Shown: positions 36,257 through 49,933, counted from the first letter of the stretch. The stretch is DNA of 64,000 nucleotides from Marsupella aquatica (GCA_973895155.1 OZ316894.1:1340953-1404952), one strand, 5' to 3'. Notes: a model not told the origin generated them from the letters alone. A program made the numbers and translations.

Positions 36257-39106
36257 TTGGACGCAGTGATGTCGGGTGGATTGATCAGACGTCTGGGTGG
36301 TGAGAAAGTGAAGCAGTATATCACCAGCCCACAGCCTTTCCTTGAAGTGGACTGGTCTGTGCTCTCAGGAGCTGGGCTTGGGTTGGTCTTCAAGGCGCTC
36401 CTCGCTGACTTCGTGGGAGTTCCTCCCCCTCCGGAATTGGAGGCTGAGCGACTCCAATACAGCAAACAAGCATGGAGGCAGGCAAATGTGGAGGAAACTT
36501 ACTTTCACAGGAATCTGGCGACCAGCCTGACGAAGGGGTCTTTGATTCGTGGGGTCATCTATGACATGCCCTCACTCATCCAATCTCCAAATGGAGGAGG
36601 GGAAGTGGCACCGGCGGAGAACACATCTTCGGAATTGACAGGTGAAAGATCTCTTTCAATTTTTCTGAGGGCATGACTGTACTGGGCTCACGGGATGGAA
36701 GACGTGACGATTTGTTTCAGGGTACCGAATGTGGTTACAATTTCATGCCCGGACTGAATGGTTGATTCGTTATGAGGTACAGGGACGACGGATTTTAAAG
36801 CTCGAGATTGGATGTCATTGGTGGACGCCAACATCAGGAAGGAAAGTAAGAGACCAAAGTCCGATTCCGCTGAAGGGAGTGTACAGGCAGTTGATGTCAT
36901 AGAAAAACTCGGTCTAAAGGGGGTTGTTCCTGGCCTTGCTGAGCGATTGCAAGGAGGGGAAAGCAAAGAATATCGGAAGCAAAACTTGGAAGCTCTTATC
37001 GGAAAGACAGATGGCATTCGAGCCAAGTATGCGGATAGAATTCGGACGAAGAAAATCCTAGCAGATGCAAGGCATGAGCAGAGAGAGCTCGGAATCACGG
37101 ACAACCCAGCTCTTAGGTCAACAGGCTCCAAGAAAGGATGGAGAATTGTACCTGGGTCTCCTATATTAATACGATATTTTGAGGTAACTATATAACATGA
37201 AAATTTGAGAGTCTCACATAACCCAAAATGGCCAAATGATGCTGCATGTAAAATACGAGTTGGACAACCCAATGAACCTACTCGCAATGCTGATCCTAAC
37301 TGGTCGTTGGGGGAACCATGTCCAACTTGTGTCCGTTGGATCTCTTTTTGTTCTTAGAATTTACCTGCGTGTGATGAAGTTATATGCTTCCAAATCTATA
37401 AATCCTTGTCACTTTTAAGGCTAGAGTGCAAATGTGGTAGCGAGAAGCTTCTCAGTGAGTGGAGAACAGACCGATTTTGAAGCCGGTGGTGAAACTTACC
37501 GTTAGGAATTTCTAGAAAATTTGTACCCCAGCATATTGACTGTGATGCTCTTGTGTAAATGAAGGCTGATGATGGTGTGAGTTGCTTGTCATGCCACTCA
37601 GAAACGAGGGCTCTCGCAAGGTTTGATTGCCCGGGGCCAAGAAGATGACCTTGACAGTTTTCACGAACAGATTGGAAACTTCCAGTTCCAACATGTAAGT
37701 CGAGAGCTCCTGCAGGGCGGCACTTCTGGTGATGCCAAACACGAGTTGAGGTTAGCTAAGCGATACTATAGTCAACTGAGCTCAACTCTGTACTCACAGT
37801 ATAGCAAAGTCTGCGTATGTGGTGGGCATGGGTCTCAGATGTTTTGCTGGTTGTGAGTACCTTTCCGTCTGCTGGTCAGGTTGGAGATGTATCGTCGGAC
37901 ATTGATGCATGTATCCAACCTATTAGCCATCATGGCATTCAACAATATCGTTTTTTGGAGATGGTAGGCTGTGTTCTGGGATGTGTCCTCGGGCTTTGGT
38001 TGCCCAAGTCAAGCTCATTAGTCCGCGCTTCTTGTGCAGTGCTAAAATATTGAAGGGTATCTGTGATACTTGGGGTCTCCCTCCAAAGCAGATCCTGCTG
38101 GTGAGCGTCTATAAACCTTCTTGTTTGTACTTGTGCCCCCTCTTCGATACCCGTAGCTGGCCAGATTCCTTCAACGTAGGGTCAGTTATGCATATTCTGT
38201 CACAACCGAAGTTAAGGCTTGATTCCAAGCAAGAATAGCAATTTGAACTGGCTTGGCTGAGAAGCTGATTGAGTTTACCTTTGCGACTGAAAGCTATGAC
38301 ACTGGAGGTGAATGCATGGAGCCCTTACATACTTGTCCTCACCAATATCAAACTGCAGGTACTGGGGGACGGCCGGGATAGCGACCCCCTGATTACAAAA
38401 GCTGGTAGTCTTGGCTTTTTTATATGCAAAGTTAAAGGTGCCCAATTTGACGAGGAATCGCAAGCGTTGTCAGCACCTCAGATCAGTCTTCCAGATTATG
38501 GAGACAAGTCTTTGGTGAGCCTTGACACTCAACGAGCTGTCAGCTCTGTGAAGGCCGAAGTCCAGCTTAACCGAGGACTTAGAACCTGGTTTCAAAAGCT
38601 TGCAACAGGCACGTTAGATGTAGACGATCAAGTTCAAGTGGTTCCAAGTGAAGGCGCCCACTTTACTGTTGCTGATATGATTGAGCTGAAGTGGGTAATA
38701 GAGGATCTCAATGGAGTATCATATCGTAGAAGTACAATGATTCGAGGATTTGAAGAAGTAGTTAGACGACGGTAAATAGTTCACCTACACGATTTGCTCC
38801 AGACTTCCTTCATACAAGTCTGGACCGTGTGAGGGGTGCAAATCCTGGCCCGCGGTAGTGCTGGTCTTTACCAAGAATGTACAGTATTATAAGTTTCTCA
38901 GCAGGTCTTGCTTGACATTCGAAGGAAGCCCCACATTGGGACTCTTTTGCAAGGGCTCGGTCCAAAATTTCAGACATGGTGGATGAAAAGTACATCAAAG
39001 ACCTACCACGAATGATGGAACACTGTGGTCCATCCGGGGGTCCACCTCGCTTCCCTAAAGCTGTTCTCGAGGCAGACCTCAGGGACCGGAAGGAACGTAC
39101 GTCTTA
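36257..39106 (+). pseudogene. Degenerate multi-exon gene of unknown family
   Basis: Same-strand protein-like ORF blocks (36257-36641, ~36784-37183, ~37602-37810, 38359-38775, ~38930-39106) with some splice-like borders but in-frame stops; no recognisable motif. Confidence 0.4.
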
Positions 39107-40795
39107 AGATTCTTTCGCTCTGGAAAATTTTGTAATTTGTTGGCTCTATCACCTGTTAGGTCCTTATGGACTTCACGTCAACCAGAAGTCAAAAGCCGAT
39201 TCACAAATAATTGTTGTGAAAAATTTAATGATGCTGAAATATAATCATCACGGAAACTTTATGCCTCGCAGTTTTCTGTTACCATTTGTTTGGAACTTGC
39301 CTTCCACAAATCCAAGTCTTCACGAGGCAACTAGAAACAGCTCAGAATTTAGTATTTTACTTGCGTTGATTCTATTTCTCAAAGCAATTCCTTTCCCTTC
39401 CTCACAATATTTCCTCCAACCTCAAAGTACTACCCGGAACCCCTAAATGTTCTACTGACAGATGATAAAGAAAGGGATAGAAATAGATGTTGGTTAGTGG
39501 GGTGACATCAAGCTTCATCTCTAGTCTGTCTCATAACGTAGAGCTAAAAGCTGTTTTTTTTCCCCTTTTTTGGGGGGGGGAGATGTTGGGGGTTGTGGTT
39601 CAGTGCACTGGTGCTCAGATTCCCTGTCTGTGCAAAGAAGGTTAATACTCTTCTGAGTTGAATGCTGTGCCGCTTTTCAGGATGGGCAGAGACATACAGA
39701 TGGAACGCAAACTAGGGAACGCAAACTCATTCGACAGACTCCAGCTGTTTAAACTACATCACGGACCATAACTGACAGATGACAAATTTTCGCAAAAGTG
39801 TCTCGAGGTCACGTGGGATTTTGAGATGGTGGCAATTTCAAAGATTTGAGCAGTGTTGCACGTATGTTTTTTACTACTTAAACCTTTGGTCTTGAAAAGT
39901 TGTTAGGAGAAATTAAATCGAAAATACATTTAGGTTCTGTCTAACCAATGAAACTAAAAAGACTACAGTACGTTTAAGAGTACCATTCTTGAAATGATGG
40001 AAACTGTTCGAACTTTTCCTATTGAAGTTGGAAGATTGGGTACCGTCCCACTGAAGTTGGAAGATTGTTCGTACTTCCTTCAACTTGGAGCCTAAACTAC
40101 CGTCCTATTGAAGTTGGAAGATTGTCAGTCAATGCGATTGAGACACGCTCTCACATGCAAGACACCTCTAAGCACTACGGAGTAAGTTTTCAGCCGAGAA
40201 GACTGATAGTTGCATCGAAGACACGTCAACGAACGTTCTTTAAGTACTTGTGTTCGGCTGAGTAGAACATCAAAGAATGTCTAAATCTAATCATAAGCCA
40301 AGGCCCCAACCAAAGATCCCATCTTGATGTGAGCTTCTAACTCAATGCTCATTTCCATAGATCCCATCAGACAGGTATTGGCACAAAAGGTTTGGACGGA
40401 CATGAGCTTCTAACTCAGCTCTTAGATTCTTCGGAGGCAAAATTGTAGGGCACACATCTCAATTTAAGGTGTAACTAGAAACACCAGCGGCCCAAATGGT
40501 GTTTTAGCAATCGTAAATAATCGCGCTTTCACTTATAGCAATTTCTTTAGACAAACGATGTGTCAAGCATCGAGTCATAAGCTCGGACGGAATCTCCATC
40601 CATCTCTTGTCCTAAGCTTCGTTCTATACCTCATCAACCATCCGCTTGATGGAGATCCCGTCCGAGCTTATTGCTTATCAACCATCATTGGCCCGCTTTG
40701 GAATTGTCGTCTGCAGCTCTCATCTTCTTGAGAGTGGTTGAAGGAGAGTGCGCCCGCAATCTTTTAGGGGTGATACTGATCCCATTAGACTCATG

Positions 40796-43700
40796 TCAAT
40801 CATGTTTGGGAGAGCTGACTGTCTGATCCTTGTCCACCATTATATCATCTGGTGATTCTGGTGGTCTTCCAACAGTCTCTGCAGGAGTTGTTGTTAGTTC
40901 AGACACTGGCAAGGCAGCGTTGTCTACCGATACGCCGGGCCTTGTGATACAAATCCATTCATGAGGACCATCAACGTCGCTACCACGATCTTTGGGAATG
41001 TGCCACAAACCGTTCTCAGATTCCTGCAATAACAAGAGAGCTCGAAACATTGATTCCAAGTACTCAGATCAAAAGTTATACAAAATTGAAGCGCCAGATA
41101 GACCTTCATGTTCCCGTAGAACTGAACTTCAAAGTTCATACCACAAACCTACCTGGATTACTAACGAGTACGGTGGAGGTAAATGGAATTGTGGGCCTCG
41201 AGAAGTCGCTGAAAATCGGACCTGTATCCAAGAGATTTAGCATGCATGTCAGTTAATAACCATGCTTATTTTGATCAGACGCCGAGACGGTAACCCACCC
41301 GATGTAAAGAAAAATGATACTTCTTGGACTCTTAAGACTAAATGAAAAATGTAGAAGATGAGAATTGCAATCTGGCACCGGTTACGGTATCTCTCTCCTA
41401 AGCTTATCCATTTCAGGAACCTCGTTGGAACTTTACTACTTTACCACATACAATCATTCCATGACACAGCATCATTCCACATTCCAATCTGTGATCAAAG
41501 TCTTCCTAAAAGACTACAGATAAACAGTACCTGATGGCGTTCCTTCCACTTAGGGAAAAAATCACTGCCAAGAAGCTGGAAGAGGTGATCACGCATTTCA
41601 TCGTTTGTTATCAACAAACACCTATTCCTGACAGCGGCATACATCCAATACCTGCACAAAGGCTCTATTGATAGTTAGGAACTCAGAATCATTCCGTGGA
41701 GAGCCTACGAGCTCGTACGAAAGGCTTGACGTCAAGAACATTAAAAACTTGCAATAATACGGACCACAAATCACGCAATCTTGAGTAATTTCAACCCATG
41801 TCACTAAATTTGCTTGCAGACTTGTGACATCTCTCTTACATCAAGAGAACATCCAAGCATGGTACAGCGAAAAAGACACTTGATAGACACACCAAATAAA
41901 AGATATGTAACCTCAAGGACCAGATACTAACCAGTCATCATTTGATCCATAGGGGGTTGTATACAATGTATTAGAAGAGCTCCATTGTTTAAGAAGTTGC
42001 CGGCCTAAGGGAGAATTGGCAGCTCCAAATTTGGTTCTTGCATGATGGAGGATAATGAGAGGAGGCTTTTTCACTAAACCTAGGTTCAGTGCAGCCTGTG
42101 CCACTGACTTCAACTGCATACAACACGCAGCCTCTGATTAAGTCATGTTCAGTGCGTTAAGTATGTATGACACCGTCAGGAAGCTAAGCCCATACTGCAT
42201 CAGTCTACAGAAGAGATAATGGTGACGAAGAACGAAATAGATAGCATTTTCTAAGCCAACTCAGACTTTGAAGAACATTGATAACCTGAAAGAAATTAAA
42301 GCCACCCTGTTGAAAATTTTGATTGTGCAGCCCAACATTTGCGCCGTCAATAATTGCATCAAATGGTCCATTTAGTTCCAGCCACTCCTGCAATTAGCCA
42401 TATGGTCCAAGGAGATATTTACCATGACACAGAATACAGAAGAGCAATAACACACCGACCTGAATCATCATTGGCAGAGTCAAAAGAACGAAAGAAAATC
42501 CGAGACAAACTAACAACTGCAGCAGATGCTGTCACGATAGGCAAAGCCAGAAGGAACTAATCAGATTGTTCTGTTAGTAGATCTTCTTCTTACCCGAAAC
42601 GTTGTAAAATCATTTGGTTTCGTCTCCCTGGCAAAAGCAATCTCTGCTACAGACTGAGCAAAATCATCCGTTTCTTTAGAATCCAGATCGATGGTAACTA
42701 ATTTGTTTTTGCATGAGCGACAAAATCCCTCGTTGTCAATTGTAGTCCACTCCAACTTCCACGCCCCTTTACCGAGCCAACCCAATCCATGCCACCCTCC
42801 TCCCCCTGCTACCATAGCGTGATGAAGAGCCGAAATATCGGGTTGCTGTTCCCACTCTCCAGCTGACGCCCCTGCCTGTCCTGAAAACCACTCTTCTATG
42901 GAAGAAATAGTGCTTGGAGATAGTGCCCTTACTCGAGTCCTTAATCTATGCAACAATGAATACAGTTCCTTCTGCAACCGTTCCTCTACACATAGTTGTA
43001 GAAGAGCTCCCAACTCTGGTTCTTCGGGCTGTACACCGGCGGCCACCATATGGGCATCCACCTCGAAAGCTTTCTCCACTGCCTTACTTTTACAGAACGT
43101 AACGAGAGCAGGACCGTAGGACCTCAGCTTAGGAGCAATGTTTTGGACTGCCATCTCCTTTACCATCTGGAATGCCATGTCCCCATCTTCCTTCTTTATA
43201 GCCAACCTTGCCACTGCCGTCAGCGTTGCTTCATTTGGAGACACTCCTTGCTTCTTCATGTCCTCGAAAATCTCAAATCCTCTCTGCCCAGCCATCTCCA
43301 TTAATTCTGGGCTCAAGCTAATGGGAATGATAGTAGAACCCTGTCTGCTCGTTGCCTCTCCATTGCTGTCCCTATCCTGTTGTTCAACCCCATTTGCAGA
43401 TTCTGAAGGCAAAGTTGCATCCAATCCTTGCTCTGAGGATTTAAGGTTTAGACGCTCCGCATCAGCCCTCTCAGTAGCACTTTTGCGAGCTGTCAGTGTT
43501 CCCAAGGCGGCTGACGAGCAAAGATATAAAAGTATGTTGAAGTTGTACTGGTTCCAAGGAATAACTCCTTCAGAGACTGACTGGTCGTAAATATCCAAGG
43601 CCCGGAGGACATCCCCGTCCTTAGAGCAATTGTTAAGGTCTCTCCGGAGTTGTTCCGTAGGTGGAAGGACTTTCCTTTTGCGTTTCGTCTCCTTTTGCTG

Positions 43701-44690
43701 CCTCGTTTTGGGTTTATCACTAGCCTGCTTTAATTGGTTCAAATTTTGATTCAAATTCATGGCTGATGAGGCAGCGGGGAGGACTTTTGGTATGAATTTA
43801 TGGTCCCCACGCAGCTCCCTGACTGCAGCAGACGCGGCCCTACTGAATCTACTCCTCTTCACTAAATTCGGTGCTCTAGAAAGCTTACCGATAGGTTTCG
43901 GGGTGCTGGATTCGGGAATGTCACTTCCTACAACTACCAATTTCCCACCGAATTGTTTCGACGAATTGTTCACGCCACGAAAAGAAGGTCGGCGTCTATC
44001 AAATGATTCATTTCCCGACCGCCCGTCTTTCTCTCTAGAACCCTGAGTACTAGGTTTACCAACCCTCCTCTTCGATTGCCCTTCGGCAGAGGAAGACGAC
44101 GATTCCTCCTCTTGAAAAGTACGCTGCTGAACTTTTCTTCCGCTACTGGAGGCCTTACTGGCAATCGTCACACTCCTCCTAGCAGATGCTGGTTGTCTAC
44201 TGCGACTTGAGTTCTCCACCTCAAGCTCAACTTCAGGCCCACCATCCGCTTTCAAGCTCCTTATGGGAATGCGGACTGTCAACAAGGAGGGTCTCGGAGG
44301 TGCGATCCAGCTCAGGTACAGAGCTCTCCTCGAAGCGAAATCGAAATGGCAAGCCAATCTGCCCACTAAACAATCAGAAGCAGCAGGAGTATTATTAGAA
44401 TAGAGTGAACTTGCTAGAATCTCAGCAGGGCCTGATCGAGAGGAGGAGTAGACCCTAAACCCCGAGATGGTAGCACAGGGACGTTGAGCTTGGAGTGGCT
44501 TCCTGCCAATGCGATCGAGCCACCAGACCCCGGAGCAGAAGAGCCTTCTCCTGGAGTGGAGAAACAACGACGACGCGGACAACCTTATGAGGCAGGAACT
44601 CGCCCAGAGGTCCGGCATCGGAAACGGTGTGTGCTCTCTGTGTGTCAACAATCCTGGCAGCAGCTGAACTTCTCCATAGAGAGACACCAT
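40796..44690 (-). CDS. PRORP: Proteinaceous RNase P (PPR repeats, Zn site, NYN metallonuclease) with long N-terminal extension
   Basis: Exons 44690 (or ATG 44618)-42594, ~42388-42286, ~42114-41927, ~41650-41531, 41222-41154, 41023-40796. Motifs: PNEATLTAVAR, PKLRSYGPAL, GGGWHGLGWLGKG, CRSC, DGANVG, GSNDDW-YWLYAA, TNDEMRDH, KWKERHQ, PPPYS.VIQES, WHIP. Confidence 0.95.
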
Positions 44691-44872
44691 GAAATGCCCA
44701 CAGGTCCGGCATCGGGAAGGACTGTGCTCAGGCCAATCCTGGAGGCTGCACTTCTGCACAGCGAGAGACCACGAATTTCATGATGGTGAGAGCTTGCGAG
44801 ACCTCCTTTTCCGATGAGGAGTTCATTGGGTCGAAGGTTGGGGATGCTGCTGAATGAATTCATCGATAAAAC

Positions 44873-45410
44873 CTCGTGAAAGTGGATCATGGCCGGATCT
44901 ATCTAGCCCAAGTAGTTTCAACAATTCTGTTTGAGCAGAGGACCACTTGAGTGGGGCCAAATCTACAACTAAGGGCTTGCACTTTATTTAGTCCTTAGTC
45001 CCAATACAAAAAAAGCTCCTGGGGCGAGAAAGATCCATAGACCTTGGATTCTCGTGAAAGTGGATCATGGCCGGATCTATCTAGCCCAAGTAGTTTCAAC
45101 AATTCTGTTTGAGCAGAGGACCACTTGAGTGGGGCCAAATCTACAACTAAGGGCTTCCACTTTATTTAGTCCTTAGTCCCAATACAAAAAAAGCTCCTGG
45201 GGCCAGAAAGATCCATAGACCTTGGATAAGATCCATAGACCTTGGATTCAATTAGCTGTTTTCCTGACCATTGATAAAAGAATTATGCACCCCTGGCACA
45301 TACGTGCTTCCCCTGTCAACATCCATAGACCTTGGATTCAATTAACTGTTCTCCCTGACCATTGATAAAAGAATTATGCACCCCTGGCACATATGTGCTT
45401 CCGCTGTCCC
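44873..45410. repeat. Nested recent tandem duplications in the PRORP upstream region (178 bp x2, then ~90 bp x2)
   Basis: 44873-45050 is nearly identical to 45051-45228, and 45231-45317 to 45321-45408; ATCCATAGACCTTGGAT recurs four times at the junctions. Confidence 0.9.
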
Positions 45411-45889
45411 ATAAATGCCCCGGCCGGCCCTCCTTGCATAGTGCAACGCACTGGCATAGGGCACGTGTTGCATAATAGACGGATGCTCAGAGACAAGTGG
45501 GAGCAAAAGGGCAAGAAGGTTTTCATGGATCCCATTTCTCCAATGTTGGCTTTTCAGGTTAGTGCTCAGTAGGGCTTTAGAGGAGTCTCACCGGTTGAGC
45601 TATTTGCAACCGAGTATTGGGGTCAATGGTGCGGTCACTGGCATTTGGGGTTGTCTTTGGCTGATTGCACCCCACCAGTCGCAATGAGTGAAGTGACACT
45701 CTCAAAGGTCTTGGCAACAAATGAACCTTTTACAAAGATTAAACAATCGGGACCGTCCAGACACACTTCGACAAGACTGGGTGGCAGCAATAACAGCATC
45801 CTGCAGCTTGCAAAGTCTGGCGTGTTAAGCAAAGATGCTACTCACCAAAGTATGCACATGTGACCATCCTACGAACAAGTAATTGACAG

Positions 45890-46080
45890 CACGAGATATG
45901 TGGATTGCCTCCTATATATGAGGTTATGTTCAGGAGAAGACACAAAAGTTGTACAATGAGCCTGAGTTTACACTCCACAAGCTAACATTACTTGTGTATA
46001 TGTATGCACTAACCAAGTCTGCGCCTACAGGTAGCCTAACTACGGTTACATAGTTACTCTAAACTTAAGAGTAAATCCCT
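45890..46080 (-). mobile_element. LTR-like repeat copy D (degenerate)
   Basis: ACAATGAGC.TGAGT and CCTAACTACGGTTA.ATAGT...CT.AAGAGT match copy A. Confidence 0.4.
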
Positions 46081-48323
46081 CACATGGCTAACGGAAGTCA
46101 CCATTTGCTTGGCCCGGTGCCCAGTTTAAATTTTATAGGGCATGGTGGAAAATCTGAAAAGGGCTTTAGCAAGAGCATGTAGCACTAAAGTTGCTCCTGG
46201 CCGAGCATTCCCCGTGATGGGTGTGAATGCTACAATCTTCACTGTGATTAGTCTTACTAATTCTATTTGGAGGACTGATCAAAATATGGACGTCTAAAAA
46301 TTTTAGCCTCCCCTATGTTAATTTTGCAGTGACACTATTTACATGTGCATTAAACCACAGCTGCCAGTATAAAAGGGCCCGTGGTCTGCCCGGCTCATCA
46401 TTGTTTGCTGCCCGGATGTATAGTGATCCCGGGTGAATAGCTCCGCGGCCCGGCAAGTGATCCGCAATCCTCTCCAACCCGGCAAGTGATCCTCATTCCT
46501 CTCCAACGCTGCCTCCAACGCTCACGCTGGGCTGTGGTGTTCTTCGTTGCACATCAGTACTGTAGAATCTCCATAGCTGCAACTTACAATCAAAAGTTCA
46601 GTCATCATTCCTCGCGTTGCCTGTCACCCAGAAAATCTGGGACCTTCGTTTCTACACAATTCCATAAGCAGTCGACGATGAGCTACTCGATCCTAGAGAA
46701 GATGTTGCCTTCCTTCGATTAGTAGGTGAGTCGATCGACCATGAGCTACATGAGCTACTCCAATTTGGCACCACGAGTACCGACACTGCATCTTCTTCTC
46801 CTCCTTTGACTCTTGGCCATCCAGCTGATTCGGATAGGCGTATCACTCTAGGATTCCGAGACCCCATCCTGCCTGGTTGATGTATCTGGAACAGCTTCTA
46901 TGATCTTATGATTCACTCATAAGATACGTTCAAGTCCGGTCAAGAGCCTCCCAAGGGTTTAAAACCAAGATTTAGACTATTGTTCGTTCCCAGAGCTTTT
47001 TGTTGAGCTTCACTGAGCACCGCGTCATAAATTAATACCTAATGTTGTAATCCAAGTGCATCAATTGCTGCCTGTGCGTCAATTCATCCAGTTTGGTATG
47101 ACGTCAAACAGCTCGTTTGTCATCTCACAACCTTCGGGCTGCGCATTCGCTTCTAAGTTCGAGCCCTCTCCATAATGACGCCCTTTGACAGGATTCTCTG
47201 CTCTCCTCCGGCGACCTCCAGCCTCTCGATAACTCTGCTCGACTGAGAATTTCATGCCGACTTGAATCTTTCCAATTCTGCCGATCCTCTACAACTGCTT
47301 GAAAACAAGACGAGGCTGCACGGACAGAATCATCGGCGCGGAAATTTTCACTGAGCAGGGAGCTCCTTCGTGGGAATTTTGGGCAATGTCTCTTGCTCTC
47401 ACAAGTGTCTGTCCTTATGAACGTATGAAGGAGTAGGAGGTGGACCTGGATGTAGAGCAGGGAGCTCGGCCGACACATGAAACTGTGTGAGTGAAAATGT
47501 AGTCCAGACGACAGCACTTGACGAAGCCAGTGCTTACGCCCATCTCTCCCCTCATTTTTGAGTGATTACGTAGCGCGTCGCTGACCAGACCTTCCCTGAG
47601 CTTTTGCACTCATACACAGTGCTTCTCGAAAGTTGTTGCCGTTGCCCAGCCCTCCCTTGAGCTTTTCCACTCATACACAGTTGCTTCCCGAAAGTTGTCG
47701 CCACCTTTTTCTTCCAAATTTCTTTGGATCAATCAATCTTGCTACTCGGATTGGCATCGTTCACTACATTCGGCTGCGTTTTAGTTGAATTGGAACTAGT
47801 TCCACTCATGGTGTTGTCACCAGGGACTGTCATCAGCTACATGTGAATTCAATTTCTTTTTGATTCCTTGCGGCGCCTGCTGAACTGCAGTGTCGACAAC
47901 ATCATCGTGTCTACCGACAGCAAAATTTGTTGGGACATCGAGCCCTCGTTGTTGGATAAAATTCTGACTGTACCTTGTCTCCAAATATTTTTTCAAAGGT
48001 ACAAACTCAATTCGTGACGCCGAGGCCGAGGGAAGAGGAGGAGGGAGGATAGTTGGTCCTACCCTCACAACTATTTCAGGAAGAGGAAGGATAGTTTGCG
48101 TGCCGGGATAGTTTGCGTGCCGAGGGAGAGGAGGAGGAAGGCTACTCGGTGCTTACCCTCACGACCATTTCAGGTTCTCACCCAAGGGTTGGGTGATTCC
48201 ATTCTTACTCCACATCAACTGGTCCCCCTTTATTGTACTACTATAGCTTGAGTTCCACTATAGAGAGTATCATCGTGACCTTCTGGTTGAAATGTTTACT
48301 TTTTCAGAGTTTTGTGCTTGCAA

Positions 48324-48961
48324 ATGGAAGAAGATGGAACCAGGATCGTCACGTTGGTCATGGCTTGCAATCAACATGTCAAAAAAGATTGGCGTTATTG
48401 GACAGTTCCTTTTATGAAACCTTCACAACAATTGATGATAGTTGGCAACAAACATAGGAGTTGTGATACTTTGAGGTAATTTTTTTACCTCAAATTGTTG
48501 TTATGTCATTCCACTCCTTGACTTTGACTAACATCTACTTTCTTTATGGCAGTCCGCGAACAATGGCCAACAAGCACAGGACCAAGGTCACATTGAATCA
48601 ATGCGATGATGGGTCCTTTGTATTGCTTTGGCACAATGCCCAAGCTGAACACGAGGCTCCTCCCATCCAACGTAGGACAAACTTAGACGAGATCCGATCT
48701 GATTTCCCTGAGTTTTGTCGTGTCGTCACACAATATCACAATGCACTCAATCCTGTTGTACCTTTGGAACAAATATTGATTTGTGCTGCATATAGTTATG
48801 TGGATAGTGTGATGAAGCGGAAACGCTACCAAGTGTACACGCACTTGGCTTGGGTATGTGGTTATGCAGAGCGAACAAAGTTCCCAGATGCAGTGGAAGC
48901 AGTCATCAAAGCAACATGGCATGACCCACATGAGGAATTTGTAGGATTTCGTCCATATTAG
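48324..48961 (+). CDS. KolX-like accessory protein 1 (related to the P2X7 intracellular ballast domain)
   Basis: Exons 48324-48475 and 48553-48961 (phase-2 intron, in frame; alternative start ATG 48563). The C-terminus KRYQVYTHLAWVCGYAERTKFPDAVEAVIKATWHDPHEEFVGF fits the KolX pattern R..Y....W..G...R...P..V...I...(F/W)..P...(Y/F).GF. Convergent to the transposase. Confidence 0.65.
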
Positions 48962-49024
48962 TCTATCATATTGTAATGTCCTTTGCTTACTTATAATATA
49001 AATAAATCCCTTCTTTGGGATTGA

Positions 49025-49070
49025 ACTCTCGCTGGTCGGCAGCACAAGGGGTTCAAATCCCCTTGGGAGT
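49025..49070 (+). ncRNA. Predicted mini tRNA-like structure 1 (no anticodon arm)
   Basis: ACTCTC/GGGAGT acceptor-like stem, GCTG-GTCGG-CAGC hairpin, AAGGGG-TTCAAAT-CCCCTT T-arm; ~63 nt after the KolX-1 stop. Confidence 0.55.
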
Positions 49071-49429
49071 ATTTTGCTCACACACGTGATAATAAAATCC
49101 ACCTCTTTTGGTCCCTAGGTGTAATAAGTTATTCCATGCCAAAAGTATGGGCCGAGTATGGGCTGAGTATGGGCCAAGTATGAGCCAAGGGTTGTGTAAG
49201 CCCCAAGTATGGGTCAAGTGAGAACCAAGGCCTGTGTAAATGCAGGATTGGTCGCTATTGCTTCTAAACATAGCATGTCCTCAATCTTACCCCAAAGTGG
49301 TAATGAAATTATTTCTACTCATTCTCACTCCAAAGTTTTTTCATTCTATGTATGCATATGTATGCATATGTTTTAGTCTTCCTTGTACTTAGCTTGGTTT
49401 CCAACCTAACCTTCTTCGTTTCGGGCAAC

Positions 49430-49933
49430 ATGAATTATCTAAGGTTCATTTCATCTTTGCTTTGTCAATTCTTATTCATGATATTTTGCTGCATTACCTA
49501 TCCATTGTTTTCATTATTTGTTACCAATTGCAGCTATTTTTTGTGGCATACCATGTGTAGGGAGGATCCAAATAGACCTGCAGAGATGGTATCCTACGGT
49601 GGGGGATTGTATCGTTTAACATGGCCGGTCACTCCACCTCAGAAAAGGAGGGCTCTTCTTTTGAGGCATGATGATATTGTTGCAAAGTTCTTAGCATTTT
49701 GTGAGGCCATTGACAACAACCTTGTTGAACTCAACGCTGCTCTTCATTCTCCATTGCATGCTGAAGTCTTCCACATGTGTGCGGCTTGGTCTTATGTTGA
49801 GGCCATTCCTTCTCGTCAGCGTCATGTTGTTTCTGAGAAATTGGCATCAGTTGCCAAATTCTTGGAACCGACAGCCCTTCCAGGGAATCTTACATCTGCC
49901 ATACATGCCACCTGGAAGACACTTGGCGAGTAG
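49430..49933 (+). CDS. KolX-like accessory protein 2 (diverged paralogue, 128 aa)
   Basis: Exons 49430-49443 and 49561-49933 (phase-2 intron as in paralogue 1). Aligns with paralogue 1: G.(F/Y).L.W, D.I...F..FC, CAA(Y/W)SYV, LA.V, P....(V/A)I.ATW. Confidence 0.6.
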   Translation: MNYLRFISSLLCQFLFMIFCCITYPLFSLFVTNCSYFLWHTMCREDPNRPAEMVSYGGGLYRLTWPVTPPQKRRALLLRHDDIVAKFLAFCEAIDNNLVELNAALHSPLHAEVFHMCAAWSYVEAIPSRQRHVVSEKLASVAKFLEPTALPGNLTSAIHATWKTLGE

